A stretch of DNA of 64,000 bases from Octopus vulgaris (lineage: Eukaryota): NCBI GenBank assembly GCA_951406725.2, contig OX597824.1:34410001-34474000 (forward strand), read 5' to 3'. Within the stretch, counting starts at the first letter, position 1, and every line of letters starts with the position of its first letter. The translations under genes were made by a program, and so were the position numbers. The notes under the pieces were generated by a model. The model was not told the DNA's origin. It made no database searches and saw only the letters and a list, made by a program, of their open reading frames with translations. Below, piece after piece: positions 39,443 through 53,204 of this stretch.

Positions 39443-39840
39443 GGCACAGGAGTGGCTCTGTGGTAAGTAGCTTGCTTACAAACCACATGGTTCCGGGTTC
39501 AGTCCCACTACGTGGCATCTTGGGTAAGTGTCTTCTTCTATAGCCTCGGGCCAACCATAGGCCTTGTGAGTGGATTTGGTTGATGGAAACTGAAAGAAGC
39601 CCATCGTATATATGTGTATATATATATATATATATGTGTGTGTTTGTCCTCCCAACATTGCTTGACAACTGATGCTGGTGTATTTAGGTCCCCGTAACTT
39701 AGCGGTTCGGCAAAAGAGATCAATAGAATGAGTACTAAGCTTACAAAGAATAAGTCCTAGGGTCGATTAGCTCGACTAAAGGCAGTGCTCCAGCAATCAA
39801 ATGACTGAAACAAGAAAAGAGTAAAAGGGAAAAAGAGTAA
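39443..39840 (+). mobile_element. Full-length SINE family A
   Basis: ggcacaggagtggctctgtggt...ggttcagtccc...cttgggtaagtg...gaaacaagaaaagag. Confidence 0.9.
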
Positions 39841-40827
39841 TAAAGTTGGTTATGAACAGGTAGATCCTGTATACTTGGAGGCTATTCATGTCTTTCTCAC
39901 ATGGCAAAGTTGGTTAACATGTTAGTAATATATAAAAAAAAAAAAACCTTTTCAGTAGGAAGTAGATTTCTATAAGAAAACAATAGAAAAGTTGTATGGC
40001 ATTTTTGTCTAACTTAACAAATTCACATGTTCAATGTCAACATATTTTAAAACTCGAGGTTACAAATTTAAAAAATAACAGGACAAATTCTTATAAAAAG
40101 TAATTTTTTACTTCAATATTGTGTAATAAAAGTTCAAGAAAAGAAAATGTTATAATGTTGCATATGTACGTTCAGACCTTGTATCTCTGAATGTATTTGA
40201 TATGCAGATACAAATTTACTTGAAATAGTTCTCAATTACCAGAGCTCAGGTCATGAATAATTTAATAACACATGTGAATGCTATAAATATGTATATATGT
40301 GTGACTGGGAAAAATTACCCAGGGATGCCTGTTGCATGAAAACCTAGAAATAAGAACTAACATACTTGATGTAGTACATCAAGAAATAGTTAAAATTATA
40401 CTTTTGTGGTGATTGATCATCATCATCATCATCATCATCGTTTAACGTCCGTTCTCCATGCTAGCATGGGTTGGATATTTAATTAAAAATCTAGAGGGTG
40501 TTTTCTCTGCCCCTTGTATTTTTTGAGAACTAGGCATTTAGAAAATGATTGTTGTCATCATTCAGGGTTTAAGTTTAGCAAAAAAATTTCTTGGCTTAAC
40601 ACATCTAGTATGCTATTATTCATTTATAGTTACTATTATAATTACATAATTGATTAGCTTTGCTCATTCAAACATATAATTATTGTTTAGAGAAATATAT
40701 TTTGCTATAAGTAGAACTTTGGAGAGAAGTTAAATAAGTTATCATGGTGGATTGATCATTATAATTATCCAGTAAACTTTAGACAGAGAGGTTTTTAGGG
40801 TGTTTCCTTCTAATCTATCTCCCTTCA

Positions 40828-41048
40828 CCCTTTAGCATTTAGAATAATCTGTCAAATGTAATGCTTATTTATTCATATTATTTTGAATTAATCATGCCTT
40901 ATCTCCATAGCTTTGAGACTTCGATGATGTAATTGTTTGTTTTTAAAATGACATTATAGAGTAGGTGTAAGAGACCAGTTGTGGCTGGTTTGAACATAAA
41001 ACAGGTTAAAGATTTGGACTGTATATGGTATGTTTAAATACTACAGGA
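40828..41048. mobile_element. Degenerate piggyBac-type MITE
   Basis: ttca|CCCTTTAGCATTTA...TAAATACTACAGGA|ttag: decayed TIR and TTAA-like TSD. Confidence 0.55.
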
Positions 41049-41239
41049 TTAGTATGGTACCAATTTTCCATAGATAATTTCTTACCATGTTTACCAACAT
41101 CATTAATAGTTATCTTCAGTTTCTCTGAACTCTCTACATATAATTTTCATCTAGGTCTTTTCAGTGTTCTTTTGAGGTTGAAGACATGCAAGCAGGTTGC
41201 ATAACAACCTTAAATGATCCATCTGAGGTTGCTCCATGG

Positions 41240-42440
41240 CTACATCAAATTCAGAAATAGCCAGCTGGCAAAATGAAACCGGACACGGGCAAAGACAGGA
41301 AGACAGTCATCTGCTTTGTTGATTTTGCTGCTGCATTTGACTCCGTCGATTGTGACACCCTCTGGTAGATCATGCAGGCAGATGGTATCCCACCTAAACT
41401 TCTCAATCTTACCAAAGCTTATTAACTGCTCAACAAGATCCCGCATACACATGTACAGTGAAGTGTCGGAACCCTTCAAAATATAGTCTGGCGTTCGGCA
41501 AGGATATGTTCTTTTGCCAACTCTTTTCAATTACGCCATCGACTGGATCACCACAAATGCATTAAGGGAGTTCCCCAGTGTCACTGTTGGTCACAACTTT
41601 TCCATCAAGGATCTAGATTACACAGATGACATTGCGATACTTGGCGAAACATTTGCTGATGTCCAGTTTATTATCATTGAGCTCCGGCATGTTGCATCGC
41701 AGATTGGTATGAAAGTCAATGCCTCGAAGACCAAAACCCTCACAGCTGGCTTCGCCCTACCAGACAAAACACCCATTGTCCTCAATGGTGATATTCTTGA
41801 AGAGGTTGAGAGTTTCAAATACCTCGGTGCCATCATTACAGCTACAGGTCAAGGTGAGGCTGACATTAAAACACGAATCGACCTCGCTCGCCAAGCCTTC
41901 AACCGATTCAATGCATGACTCTGGTCAAGATCTGAGATCCGACGCACCACCAAAGTACGGATCTACCAAGCGCTAGTGTGAATGATTCTCCTTTACGACA
42001 GTGAGTCATGGCCAATGAGGGTGGAAGATATTAAGCAACTAGAATCCTTCAATCACCTGTCTACGCCGCATCCTTCATGTCGAATGGCATCATTTTGTCT
42101 CCAACAATTTGGTGCGACACCAGTGCAAAATCACTTCCCTCCGACAAGTCATCCTAACAAGACGTCTGCGTTGGCTGGGTCATGCCCTCCGTCGTCAACC
42201 AGAATTCATCTACGAAGCAATTGCCCCGGTTCCCCTTCAGGGTTGGCGAAAGCGATGTGGTGGACAATGAAAAACCTGGCTGATCTGGAACCCAACCTAG
42301 GCCCCCATACCTACGGCATTTGCCACTGGAATAAGGAGTGGTTGGAGATCGTTAGCCTCAAATCGCCAGGTCTGGTCGGCGTTTGTGAGATGCAGTATTG
42401 AGGATGAATGAAGCCAGCTAAACCCACCCCGGGTGAATGC
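41240..42440 (+). mobile_element. RTE-clade LINE fragment (second family), RT pseudogene
   Basis: FVDFAAAFDSVD, GVRQG.VL.PTLFNYAIDWI, DLDYTDDI, EEVESFKYLG, LYDSESWP, RRLRWLGH. Confidence 0.88.
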
Positions 42441-42449
42441 TGATGGAAA

Positions 42450-43060
42450 GAGCCAGTCTAGTGGCACTGGCAACAACCTCGCTCAAAAGTTTTTTTCACA
42501 TGCCAGTAAGGCAACGCTGGTAATGATCACGCTCAAATGGTGCTTTTTATGTGCCACCAGCATGGAAGCCAGTTAGTTGCTCTGGCAATGATCATGCTTG
42601 GATGGTGCTCTTAGCGCTCCACTAGCACGGATGCCAGTCATCGAATTTTATTTTGATTTCAATTTCACTTGCCTCAACAGGTCTTCACAAGCAGAGTTTA
42701 GTGTCTAATGAAGGAAAGGTATGCATAAGTGGGCTAGTTACACCCCTGACATAGGCCACAAGGTTATGGTCTCACTTGGCTTGCTGGGTCTTCTCAAGCA
42801 CAGCATATTTCCAAAAGTCTCGGTTACTAGTCATTGCTTCGGTGAGGCCTAATGTTCGAAGTTCGTGCTTCACCACTTCATTCCAGGTCTTTCTGGGTCT
42901 ACCTATTCCACAGGTTCCCTCAACTGCTAGGGTGTGGCACTTTTTCACACAGCTATCCTCATCCATTCTCGCCACATGACCATACCAGCGCAGTCTTGCA
43001 CACCACATCTGATGCTTCTTAGGTCCAACTTTTCTCTCAAGGTACTTACACTCTGTCGAG
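42450..43060 (-). mobile_element. RTE LINE ORF end and 3' UTR
   Basis: RLRWYGHVARMDEDSCVKKC..VEG....GRPRKTW; same family as 26233-26885. Confidence 0.88.
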
Positions 43061-44851
43061 AAGCCAGTAATCATTGTCAGGGTAACCAGTTTTCTCCTTA
43101 TTAGTACCAGTAAATTGCATCTCAGTAGAAACTGTTGAGATTTGATTATTTATGCAGTTCCTCTGACTAATACCAATTTTTGCTCAACTGAACTTCCAGT
43201 TCTCACATTTCAAGTTTTAGTTTTACAGGCTTTATGCATATGAGTATGTGTCTGAATGCATAGGCTTTATGCATATGAGTATGTGTCTGAATGCATGTGC
43301 ATATATATATATATAAATAACATTTCAAGTATTCTGAATTAATTGCTAAGATTTTTGATATATGTCTAATATAATTTTACTTCATTAGTTAGTTTTCAAA
43401 TAATTAAGACCAGAAAAATTAGCAAATATACACAGAAATAATGTATCTGAAGTTTATTATCATCATCAGCATCGTTCCAATTATTACAGTTTCAACCTTT
43501 TGCTCATTTACTCTTTACCAGATGGCAAAGTCAGCTCCATCTTTCAGGAGTATCCAGTTCCCAAAAAGTGGTACCAGGTCTTGCTTAAAATGCCAGACAT
43601 AATAGACTGTTTCTGTTACCTAAGTCAATTCATAGCCAATTTATAGTAGTCCTACAGTTACATATCAAGTATGGCAGAAGGCAAACACCCAACACCTTAA
43701 ATCTGACCTCTCTCCCTGCTGTCTTGTCAAATCTTTATTATCAATTCATACTTCATATTGCTTTTAAACCTTCTAATGGCATTATTTTCTGGGCCACAAA
43801 TTTCAATTAAAGAAATATTTTGGTTAAATCAAGAGAATTTGATAGCTAAAAAGAGGACAGAATCATTTTTAGCAAAATGTTTTTTACCATGTTGAGTTGT
43901 TGGTTTCAAATATGAAGCTTTTGGGCAAAGTTGCATCTTTTAAAAAACCCTTTGGGTTCCTTTATCTCAGCCCCTTAACTCTACATTTTTCTTCACGCTG
44001 TTTATAACTGATGATCTTGTATGGATTTTTGATTTCTCAGCTGTTTCATTAGTATTCTATCAAGTTAGAAGCATCAGTTTAAGAATTTTTAGAAATCTTG
44101 GGATTAGCAAAAGTGCAGAGACTAACAACTCTTTCAAATTTTAAGTTGTACAAAATGAGAGGTAATGATGTGAATAACAGCATCATCATAGAAGTAAGGA
44201 GTAGTGTTCTTTCTTGGGTAGCAGCAGCATGCCAGATTTCGGAAAATATTCCATTAAGTAATGGCACAGTCCCTGACATGAGAGCAGTATTCCATTGGAC
44301 AGCAGTATTGTCTTAGATTTAGAGGAATATTCCATTGAACAGCAATATTGTCTTAGAAGTAGGAAAGTATTCCACTAACAAGTAGTACCAACTAAATGTG
44401 GAAACAACATAAAATATGAGTAGCAGAATACCAGTATCATTCTATATTTAGGAGTGTTTTCCATTGAACAGCAATACCATTCCTGATGTAGGAGCAATAG
44501 TTTTCAATAGTTTTCTGAGTAAGTAAGTGCTTATAAGAAATTTAATTATCTTAAATGTGCCAGTATTTGTGTCAAAGAACATGAATAAGTCTTTGTTTTA
44601 AAAGGAACTGTTGGAATTCATAAAGATGGATATGAAAAAAAGAAAAGAATTAAGGCCAAGTGTGAATATTGTCAACATGGATTATTTCTCTTTTGGAATT
44701 GGGATCCTTATGATTTCTAAAACATTCTCAGCAGAAATCAGAAACAATAATTCCATTACTTGATTTTGGATTTCATAATGAAATATATCAATAATGTAAA
44801 TGGTGTTTGTTGTTATGTGAAAAGTGCAATAGTCTCCAAAATAATGATTAT

Positions 44852-45787
44852 TTAAGAATTATCTGACCATCGTCTGTAAATTGAATGCTGAAAGAAAATA
44901 TTCACCAAAAACATTTGAGTTACTCTTCCAATTAATATATTATCAGGCAACCAATTTTTTATCCATTCTTGCTGAGCAATTAAGCCATTTCCGATAAAAA
45001 GATAAAATTGTCTAATCATAAGTTGCGTAACAACAAAAACTGTGCCCAATTTACAAACAAGAGTTGGTTGTAAACCTGAGCAACTTAAAATGGACAGACT
45101 ACTTTCTTCTAATAAATCATCATCTTCGTTGTCTTCGTTTTCAAAAAACATTGAAACAGTTTTCTGATAATTGAAGCAATTGACAGAAAAGAGCCGTAGG
45201 AAAATAGTGCCAAGAAAAATAGGACTTAAAAATCTGCCAATCAAATTTAGAAAGTTGGATAGTTTCTCAGAGTTTAGTTGCCAAACACTGCTCACAAATT
45301 CTATCAAAGTGTGTTTAGAATCAAAACAGGATAAAATAGGTAATTCTATATTTTCATTTAAGTTGTTCTCTGTTTTCATGAGTAAAAGTATAAGCATGGT
45401 CAACATGAAACTAAAAGCAGTTTCCCACATCTGTCCAGTTCCTAATGACCACATGAGAACATGGTTGAAGACTGTTAGAAACAATATCACATAAAGAAGC
45501 CAGGTGTTGCTGTTAAAAGTTATTAACACAATATAACAGGATAAACCATAGTTTAGAATAGAAAATATAGCAAATATAATTTGATATATGTACAGGTTAT
45601 CCTCATCATCCTCTTCAGCCAAATCATTTATGTAATTGGAAAGTTTTGTTGCTAGGAGAAGAATAAAGAGAACTTCTTGGAATAACATGATAGGTTCAAA
45701 TAACTGCAGCACAAAGCCATAGACATATACCACTGAATAAGGGATGAGTTTCACAGGGAGAGCCCACAGCAGAATAAATAATCCAAC
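44852..45787 (-). CDS. Exon 2 (311 codons plus stop) of a multi-pass membrane protein, SERINC/ICE2-like
   Basis: 936-nt open frame in AT-rich DNA; acceptor ttttcttatttag|GTT in frame with exon 1; several hydrophobic segments; IMLFQEVLFILL...EED..YQII...LNYGLS resembles the SERINC segment FILIQL.LL.DF...EE..WY..L...LNY.LS (family assignment is inference). Confidence 0.85.
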   Translation of the reverse strand, partial: VGLFILLWALPVKLIPYSVVYVYGFVLQLFEPIMLFQEVLFILLLATKLSNYINDLAEEDDEDNLYIYQIIFAIFSILNYGLSCYIVLITFNSNTWLLYVILFLTVFNHVLMWSLGTGQMWETAFSFMLTMLILLLMKTENNLNENIELPILSCFDSKHTLIEFVSSVWQLNSEKLSNFLNLIGRFLSPIFLGTIFLRLFSVNCFNYQKTVSMFFENEDNEDDDLLEESSLSILSCSGLQPTLVCKLGTVFVVTQLMIRQFYLFIGNGLIAQQEWIKNWLPDNILIGRVTQMFLVNIFFQHSIYRRWSDNS

Positions 45788-46772
45788 CTAAATAAGAAAA
45801 CAACAATAAATATATAAATAACTGGAAAACAGGTATCTTACAACAATAAATAACTATATCTTAATTAACATAGCTAAGATTTACTTTCTATATTATTTTA
45901 GTAGTTATAAGGTAGTTCATGAACCCAAGTTACAGTTTACTTTCATCACAAAGTAAAGCCACAAAATATACTCATATATATTTGAGTTAATTCAAAAAAC
46001 ATGTTACATCTGTTTGAGGTTCGATATGAGAATTTGACTTGGAGTAATGAGAGAATGTTATGGATGAGGTTTGCAAATGGCAATAAAAGGACTTTGACAA
46101 AACCTAAATGATTGATTGATTAAATGATTAATAATCAAGCAATCAATTAGTTAATTAGTTAAATGGTAATTATCTTTTATCTTTTACTCGTTTCAGTCAT
46201 TGGACTGTGACCATACTGGCCCACCACCTTGAAGAAGTGATGCTGGAGGCAAAACATACACACACACACACATACAATGGGCCTCTTTCAGTTTATGTCA
46301 ACCAAATACACTCATAAAGTTTTGATTGACCCAAGGCTACAGTAGAAGTCACTTGCCCAAGGTAGGATTGAACCCAGAACCATGCAGCTCGGAATCAAAC
46401 TTCTTACTATACATCCAACCAGTGCATGTGTTTATTATTGGCATAATGACCCTCTTGAGATACAACAAAATATATTTCAACACATGGGTTCACATCAAGA
46501 ATCTTGCAAGCCACAATACAAAAAGAAATAAATGAAAAGTATTCTTGGGCAAGTCTGGACAATAAAGAACATTCTTTAGAACAAAACAAGTTTAAATGTA
46601 TTCAGTGATTCATCATTTTGCTATCATTCTACCTCTTATTCTATCATACAATGCTGTTTGTTTTAAAGCATGTCTAAATTAAAACATTCCATTATAATTT
46701 ACTGTAAGAATTTGTTGTTGATTTATCTTCCAAATGCCAACTTAGTAATGAAAATGTTTATTGTATTTATTC

Positions 46773-47350
46773 ATCATCATCATCATCATCATCGTTTAAC
46801 GTCCGTTTTCCATGCTAGCATGGGTTGGACAATTTGACTGAGGTCTGGTGAACCAGACTCCAATCTGATCTGGCAGAGTTTCCACAGCTGGATGCCCTTC
46901 CTAACGCCAACTACTCAGAAAGTGTAGTGGGTGATTTTACTTGCCACCGGCACGAGGGCCATGCTCAAATGGTGCTTTTTATGTGCCACCTGCAAAGGAG
47001 CCAGTCCAGCGGCACTGGCAACGACTTTGCTCGAATGTTTTTTCATGTGCCTCCAGCACAAGTGCTAGTAAGGCGATGCAGGTAACGATCACGCTCAAAT
47101 TGTGTGTTTAACTTGCCATCGGCACAAGGGCCAGCTTGTTGCTCTGGCAACGATCTCACTCGTATGGTACTCTTAGTGCTCCACTAGCAACAGATACCAG
47201 TCACCGAGTTTCATTTCGATTTCGATTTCACTTGCCTCAACAGGTCTTCGCAAGCAGAGTTTAGTGTCCAATGAAGGAAAGGCACGCATAAGTGGACTGG
47301 TTACACCCCTGGTATAGGCCACAAGGTTATGGTCTCACTTGCGCTTGCCG
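46773..47350 (-). mobile_element. RTE LINE 3' UTR
   Basis: (CAT)n then gtttaacgtccgttttccatgctagc; homologous to 26410-26885. Confidence 0.85.
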
Positions 47351-47558
47351 AGAAGGTTATGGCCTCACTGACTAGAAAGTAAGCTGAAGTTAATGTGATT
47401 AACAGAAACTCGAAGCAGATTTTCTATAGTTGAAACTCTTCCTGTCACCAAACCTCACTTCTGTCTAAGTAAGGTAAAAATTTCTCCTTGGAGCCACTCA
47501 CAACTATTGCATGACAAAACAAGAAGATGCAGACCCCCCCCATATACACACCATATAC

Positions 47559-47590
<32 letters not shown>

Positions 47591-47599
47591 GTGTGTGTG

Positions 47600-47663
<64 letters not shown>

Positions 47664-48582
47664 AGAAATACACACACACACAACAAACTTCTTTCAGTCT
47701 TCCAAATCCACTCAACGCTTTATTCAGTCAAGGGCTATAGCAGAACACAGTTGCCCAAGGTGTCATGCAATGGGATTGAACCCCAAACCACATGGTTGGG
47801 AGGTAAACTTCTTAACCACACAACTATGCCTATGCCAACTAACTCTGTCTCTGGTCAATAAAAGCAAAGTAATTTAACCAGGGGTATATTAATTTTTTTT
47901 ATTTACTTGGTTTGATCTGAAGCAAAACTGTACCCATGGCCTTTGCTGACCCTCTGAGACCTATCAGAACAATGCAATTAATGTTCCTCTTTAAATAGGT
48001 GCAAATTGACAGCTACAAGGAAACATGCACAAAGAAGGAGTGGACATAGTATTCACTGTCAAGGTGTCTATATGAAAGATGTATTATACGGGTGACAAGA
48101 GGATAGACTAATGATTTAGGAATGCCTGAGAGAAGGTAGCATAAAACTAGCTAGATGCAGAAACCAGAGGCCAATGTGACTATCATAGGAAAAGTAGGAT
48201 GAGGTAGGATGAGTTGACAGTAGACTTATGTCTGAAAGGATTGAGCATGTTAGTGAAGGATTTCATATCAATTCACTGATTCTTGTTTAATGGGAAGTTT
48301 ACAACGTTACATATAATGATTGAGATTTTGAGCTTTTGAAGGAGACAAGATTGGAATGGTTTTTTTTGGAAGATGTTTTCGAGGTCTCACTCTTCATGGA
48401 GACAGTGCAGGTTTGGTTTGACTTGTTAAAGCTATCTCCATGAGAGTCCTGCTTACAGAGCCTCCAGGGTTGGCAAATAGAAAGAAAGAAGATTCCACAA
48501 AGTTTGGAGAGATTCTTTTGTTAAAAAGATTGACTGACTTTGGGTGGTGGGAAGGCTTGAGGGCTGTGCAATGCAAGGAGAT

Positions 48583-48965
48583 CATCATCATCATCGTTTA
48601 ACGTCCGTTTTCCATGCTAGCATGGGTTGGATGGTTCGACCGGGGTCTCGGAAGCCAGAAGGCTGCACCAGGCTCCAATTTGATGTGGCAGTGTTTCTAC
48701 AGGTGGATGCCCTTCCTAACGCCAACCACTCCGTGAGTGTAGTGGGTGCGTTTTACGTGCCACCGGCACAAGTGCCAGGCGAGGCTGGCAATGGCCACAA
48801 TCGGTCGGTGCTTTTTACGTGCCATCGGCACAGAAGCTGGTCGAGGTGGCGCTGGCATCGGCCACGTTTGGATGGTGCTTTTTACGTGCCACCTGCACAG
48901 GTATCACAACAATTTCCACTGATTTTTGATGTTGATGTACTTGACTCAATAGGTCTCCTGAAACA
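48583..48965 (-). mobile_element. RTE LINE 3' UTR, inside an older degraded LINE-like region (about 47965-49560)
   Basis: Same repeat as above; the flanking sequence is only weakly LINE-like. Confidence 0.75.
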
Positions 48966-50495
48966 CAGGGTCGAAACGGTGTTTCTTTACTTGCCAGCTG
49001 CACAGGAGTCAGTCCAGCAGCACTGGCAACAACCAGGTGCCAGTCATCGAATTTGTTGGTCTTCCAAAGGATTGATGTGCTGGGTAAAAGCCAACTTGTT
49101 TGCAGGAGGGAGTAATTTTCTCCAAGTGATACAAGCTGTGCTTTTTGCTTGAAATGTTGTGTGGAATCTACGAGTGAACTACTCATGAGATTTGGGGTGA
49201 GAATTGTTCATGCATGAAATCTTGAGTGACATGACTACGGGGATGATTTCACTCGTGTGTCAGTTCTGATGGATCAGAGATGAAGAAAATATGCTGCAAG
49301 TATATATTTACATAGAGCCAATCCGTCAACTGACTTGAGGTGGCATGGGATGCAAGAGTGAGGGAGTGACGAAGTACTTAAATGTGTAGTGGACAGACGT
49401 AGTAAGACACGACCTGATGGGTGCAGAGACTGATGGTTTGGTGGAGACTGGGTTTGGAAGTGAAAAAGATACGAAGAGTATGTGTGTCGGCCAGCAGAAT
49501 GTGTAGGGCATGAATCTAATTGATACAGAGTTGAGGGATGCAAAAGATTCGGTTTCAGCACCGGCAACTAAAACAGAAAAAGAAAGCGATAGTCAAGAGT
49601 TGTGTGCGTTTATTTCATGCCATAAACTAAACAATTATTCATATACATATATATAAAATAGGTTTTCACACAGTTTCCATCTACCAAATTCCACTCATGA
49701 TATTAATCTTGATGTATAATTGAAGAAGCTTCTCCGAATTATTACGCAGTGGAACCGAACTTAATTACACAACCATGCATGGGAATAATACTTGAATATG
49801 TTTTTCGAGTAAATGTTTTGTATCCTTCAATATCTAGATATCTGCTAATTATTCTATTGTCCAAAATTTGTCAGCAAATTCCTTTTTATCGAAAACATGA
49901 AAAAAAAATCCCCTTTCTTTGTGTAAACATGAATGGAGCTGCGGTATTTTTTTTTTAAACTGTGGTCTTTGGCTAAAATAATTTATTTATTAGTTAATTA
50001 GCTTTTTTGCGACGATCGCACACCACATTCTCATCATATATTGTACTTTCATTACTGAATACTTTCGCATGCTGGTTACTTATTTTTAAATCACTAATGA
50101 TTACTGTTAAAGTTAAGTTAAAGAATATTTAATGTCAGATATTAAATTTTAAAATAATCAATTACAGCGACAATATTTTTATAAATTTCTTATTGGTATC
50201 CAACCCGACTACTTGAGATTTATCTCCGAAAATAATCACTCATTCATTCGTAACTTAATCTTTCCGGTAAAGATTGTTTTTAATTTTTTTTCCATCACAC
50301 ACCTGCAACTAATAAAGAAACCGGCAATATTTTAATTACGCTTTGAAGAACGAAAGTATTCAATAATAACGAAAGAACAATTTTATGAAATGTTAGTGTT
50401 GTTTATAAACTTGGCGGGGAATTTTGAAATTCTTAAATTTGATAGTGATAATTTAAGAACTGGATTGTAAGGACAGGGCAACATCGAATACATAC

Positions 50496-50693
50496 CTCTC
50501 CAAATGGTTGAAGAAAAATCCAATTAATTGAAATATAATGCCCCAGGACACAGACCAATGACAAAAGGAGTGACATTCGAAGAATGGTATCCGCACCACA
50601 TGCGAGACCATAAAGTAGCAAAAGTGGTAAACAGGATAGTGGAAGCAATGAAAACCAACCAGTGGAACACAGCAGACAGACTTTCAGGCACAT
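50496..50693 (-). CDS. Exon 1 of the SERINC/ICE2-like membrane protein (joined product about 377 aa from ATG 50693)
   Basis: MCLKVCLLC...WIFLQPFGE|gtatgt, phase-0 donor matching exon 2; CpG-richer upstream region at 50780-50900; start uncertain (in-frame ATG at 50771 is followed by TAA). Confidence 0.75.
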
Positions 50694-52187
50694 TGTGATA
50701 AACACAGCTCGAACGATGTTCGATATATTAAGCAGAACACTAATTAAAATGCAGGAGATGCATTAGGCCATGTAAGTGTGAAATCGGTATAAGTTGACCT
50801 GCGATGAAAACGAGGCGGTGACACGAAGTAACGAGAAATGACTACCTTGTTGCGCGCTTTGTAGAAATAGCTGTTAGCTCTCCATCAATACAACACACCG
50901 ATGTGTTATTAAGGAGACAACATTAGATAATGTAGTCCTAGTTATACTAAGCTTTAAAAAAGATGGATGTGGGGTCATGACTGGAAAGCTTTTAATTATA
51001 GATCTGCTTCATCAAGCTAAACGTAAACAAAGTGTGTTTGTAAAGAAAAGGGATTTCCTGGAATTAAAGTACGGTATTTCTTGCAAGAAGTAAGAAGTAT
51101 ATCAGCAGGCTGTCGCCATCATCACCATCGTCAGCAGCAGCAGCAGCAGCAGCAATTTACGTTCAGTTTTCCATGATGTCATGATTTGGGTAGGTCGTCA
51201 CGCTCCGAGTCAGTTCTTATTTTGAGTTACTGACCTCCAAGACGAGTCGTTGACTATATCATTTTTGACAAGGTTTCTACAGCAGGATGCTCTCCTTATC
51301 AGTCGTTTTACAGAGTGTAAAACTAAAGAAGTTGTCATCCCCAGGAAAACTAAAGCGTCCTGTTTGCTTCATGCTGTTTCCATTCGTTCCTTCTCCAGTA
51401 CCAGAGGATTATATTGTTCTTTGTAGTGTTATAGAGCAAAGAGAGAGAGAGAGAGAGAAGTGATAGGAGTACTGGAAATGAAAGTGAATGGTCGGAGAGA
51501 AATTTGAGATAAAGTGATGGATAGCAATGACAATGGGTAATGGTATGAGAGTGACGGTAATTGTTAGCAATATTGAAAGAGTGATTGTAAGGGGATTTGA
51601 ACACGGACGGATCCAATGCGATGGCATTGTTCGATAAACAACCTCATCAGATTACCAGAGAAGACTGTCTGCATACTCATCTCTCCAGTTCACTGCTGCT
51701 GATTCTTCTTACATCAAAATTTCTCGGTTCACTTGTATTCTGTCTTTTTCCCCGGAATTTCCTCTCAACATCTACAGATTCAGTTATCAAAGCCATGGCA
51801 TCTGTGTACAAATATTCCCATGGAAACCGGTCTTAAACTTCTTGATGATGATGATCATGGTGATGATGATAATGATGATGAAGAGGATGATGATAATGAA
51901 GACGACAACGGCGGCGGCGGCGGCGGCGATGACGACTATTCTAAACAAACAGATTGAGAACTAAAATCTGAAATACACCAATCTGCTCGGTAAAATTATT
52001 CGCCGAACTCTCGCCTTGCTGACAGTTCCTTTGTACATTGGTTGTACAGCTCTCACAAGTCACTTTTTAAAAAATCAATTTTCTTGGCAACCACCACACT
52101 GCAGAACATGGAACTCTGTCAAAAGCCTTTTCCAAGTGGTCAGTGAAAGCTAGGCACAGGGGCTTTCTTGTAGTTAGTACTATTTTT

Positions 52188-52606
52188 GGATCTTTTCGGT
52201 TTGAACGGCAGTTTTTAACATAATTTCTAAGTAACTAAAAAATTCTAAACTTCGTTTACTGGTAGAATGTGTTTATAAAACATCTTTTTCTTTTGGCTTT
52301 ATTGAGAAAATTCTATGGTTTGTAAGATATTTGTTGTTTTTTTCTCTTCAATTTCTGCAATTTCAACCAATCAGTGACGTCTATTGAGGTAAAAAAAAAC
52401 ATTCCGTGCCGTATGAATATGTCCCTCGTTTAAGAAACAGATTGGGTTTATTTACATTTGTGAAGAAAAAAATACTCTTCCCCCCACCCCTAACCCTAAC
52501 CCTAAAACAGATTTAAATGCAATAGATCGATACTAGGGTCAGAATTATGGGTGACAATTTCATATGACACCGCTAGAAAAAACTGCCGTTCAAACCGAAA
52601 AGATCC
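52188..52606. mobile_element. MITE family 1 with (TAACCC)n
   Basis: Perfect 29-bp TIR; flanks ctattttt/caattttt; copy of 2075-2496. Confidence 0.88.
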
Positions 52607-53204
52607 CAATTTTTGTATATGTGCTACAAAAAAGATGATTTGTGGTGGTATCCTGTCCTGGCATAAATTTGAATTAGGTCTCTTGGCTAATATTTTTCTT
52701 AATTAGTTATATTTATGACTCTTACAGTAACTTTATTATGTGATCCATCCCTTTTGTACCTTCGACTTTCTTTACTCTTGAACGTTTCTTGCCTTTGGAG
52801 TAGTTGATGATGATCGGAATGAGTTGATTATGCACAGCTGTTTGGGCGCTAATGATTTGGCGCGAATGACAGAGCATTCGGCTTGCTTTAGCGACAGTGC
52901 TTTTTTGCGCTCGAGGTAAACAGGCGCGCAGTACATGTAGAAATATACATACACGTACAGATAGAGAGAAAAAGTGCGTGTGTGTGTGAGCGTCTCCCAA
53001 ATAACCTCTATATCCCCAGGGCAGAACCGTCTCTCAATGCTTGACATAAAGGACTTAGCGAAAGGCAATATATATATATATATATACACACACATACATA
53101 CAGCAATAAGAAAATGGAGGGGATCAAGAGGTGGTATTCATCAACTTTTAGACATTATATTATGTCTATTTATTTATTTAAAAAAACAATTATAACAATC
53201 TACA

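Noticed and set aside
48544-49152. 202-aa ORF
   Set aside because: Mostly antisense reading of the RTE 3' UTR repeat
52722-53095. CpG-rich ORFs as a coding exon
   Set aside because: Two overlapping short frames, no recognisable domain and no convincing acceptor; left unannotated
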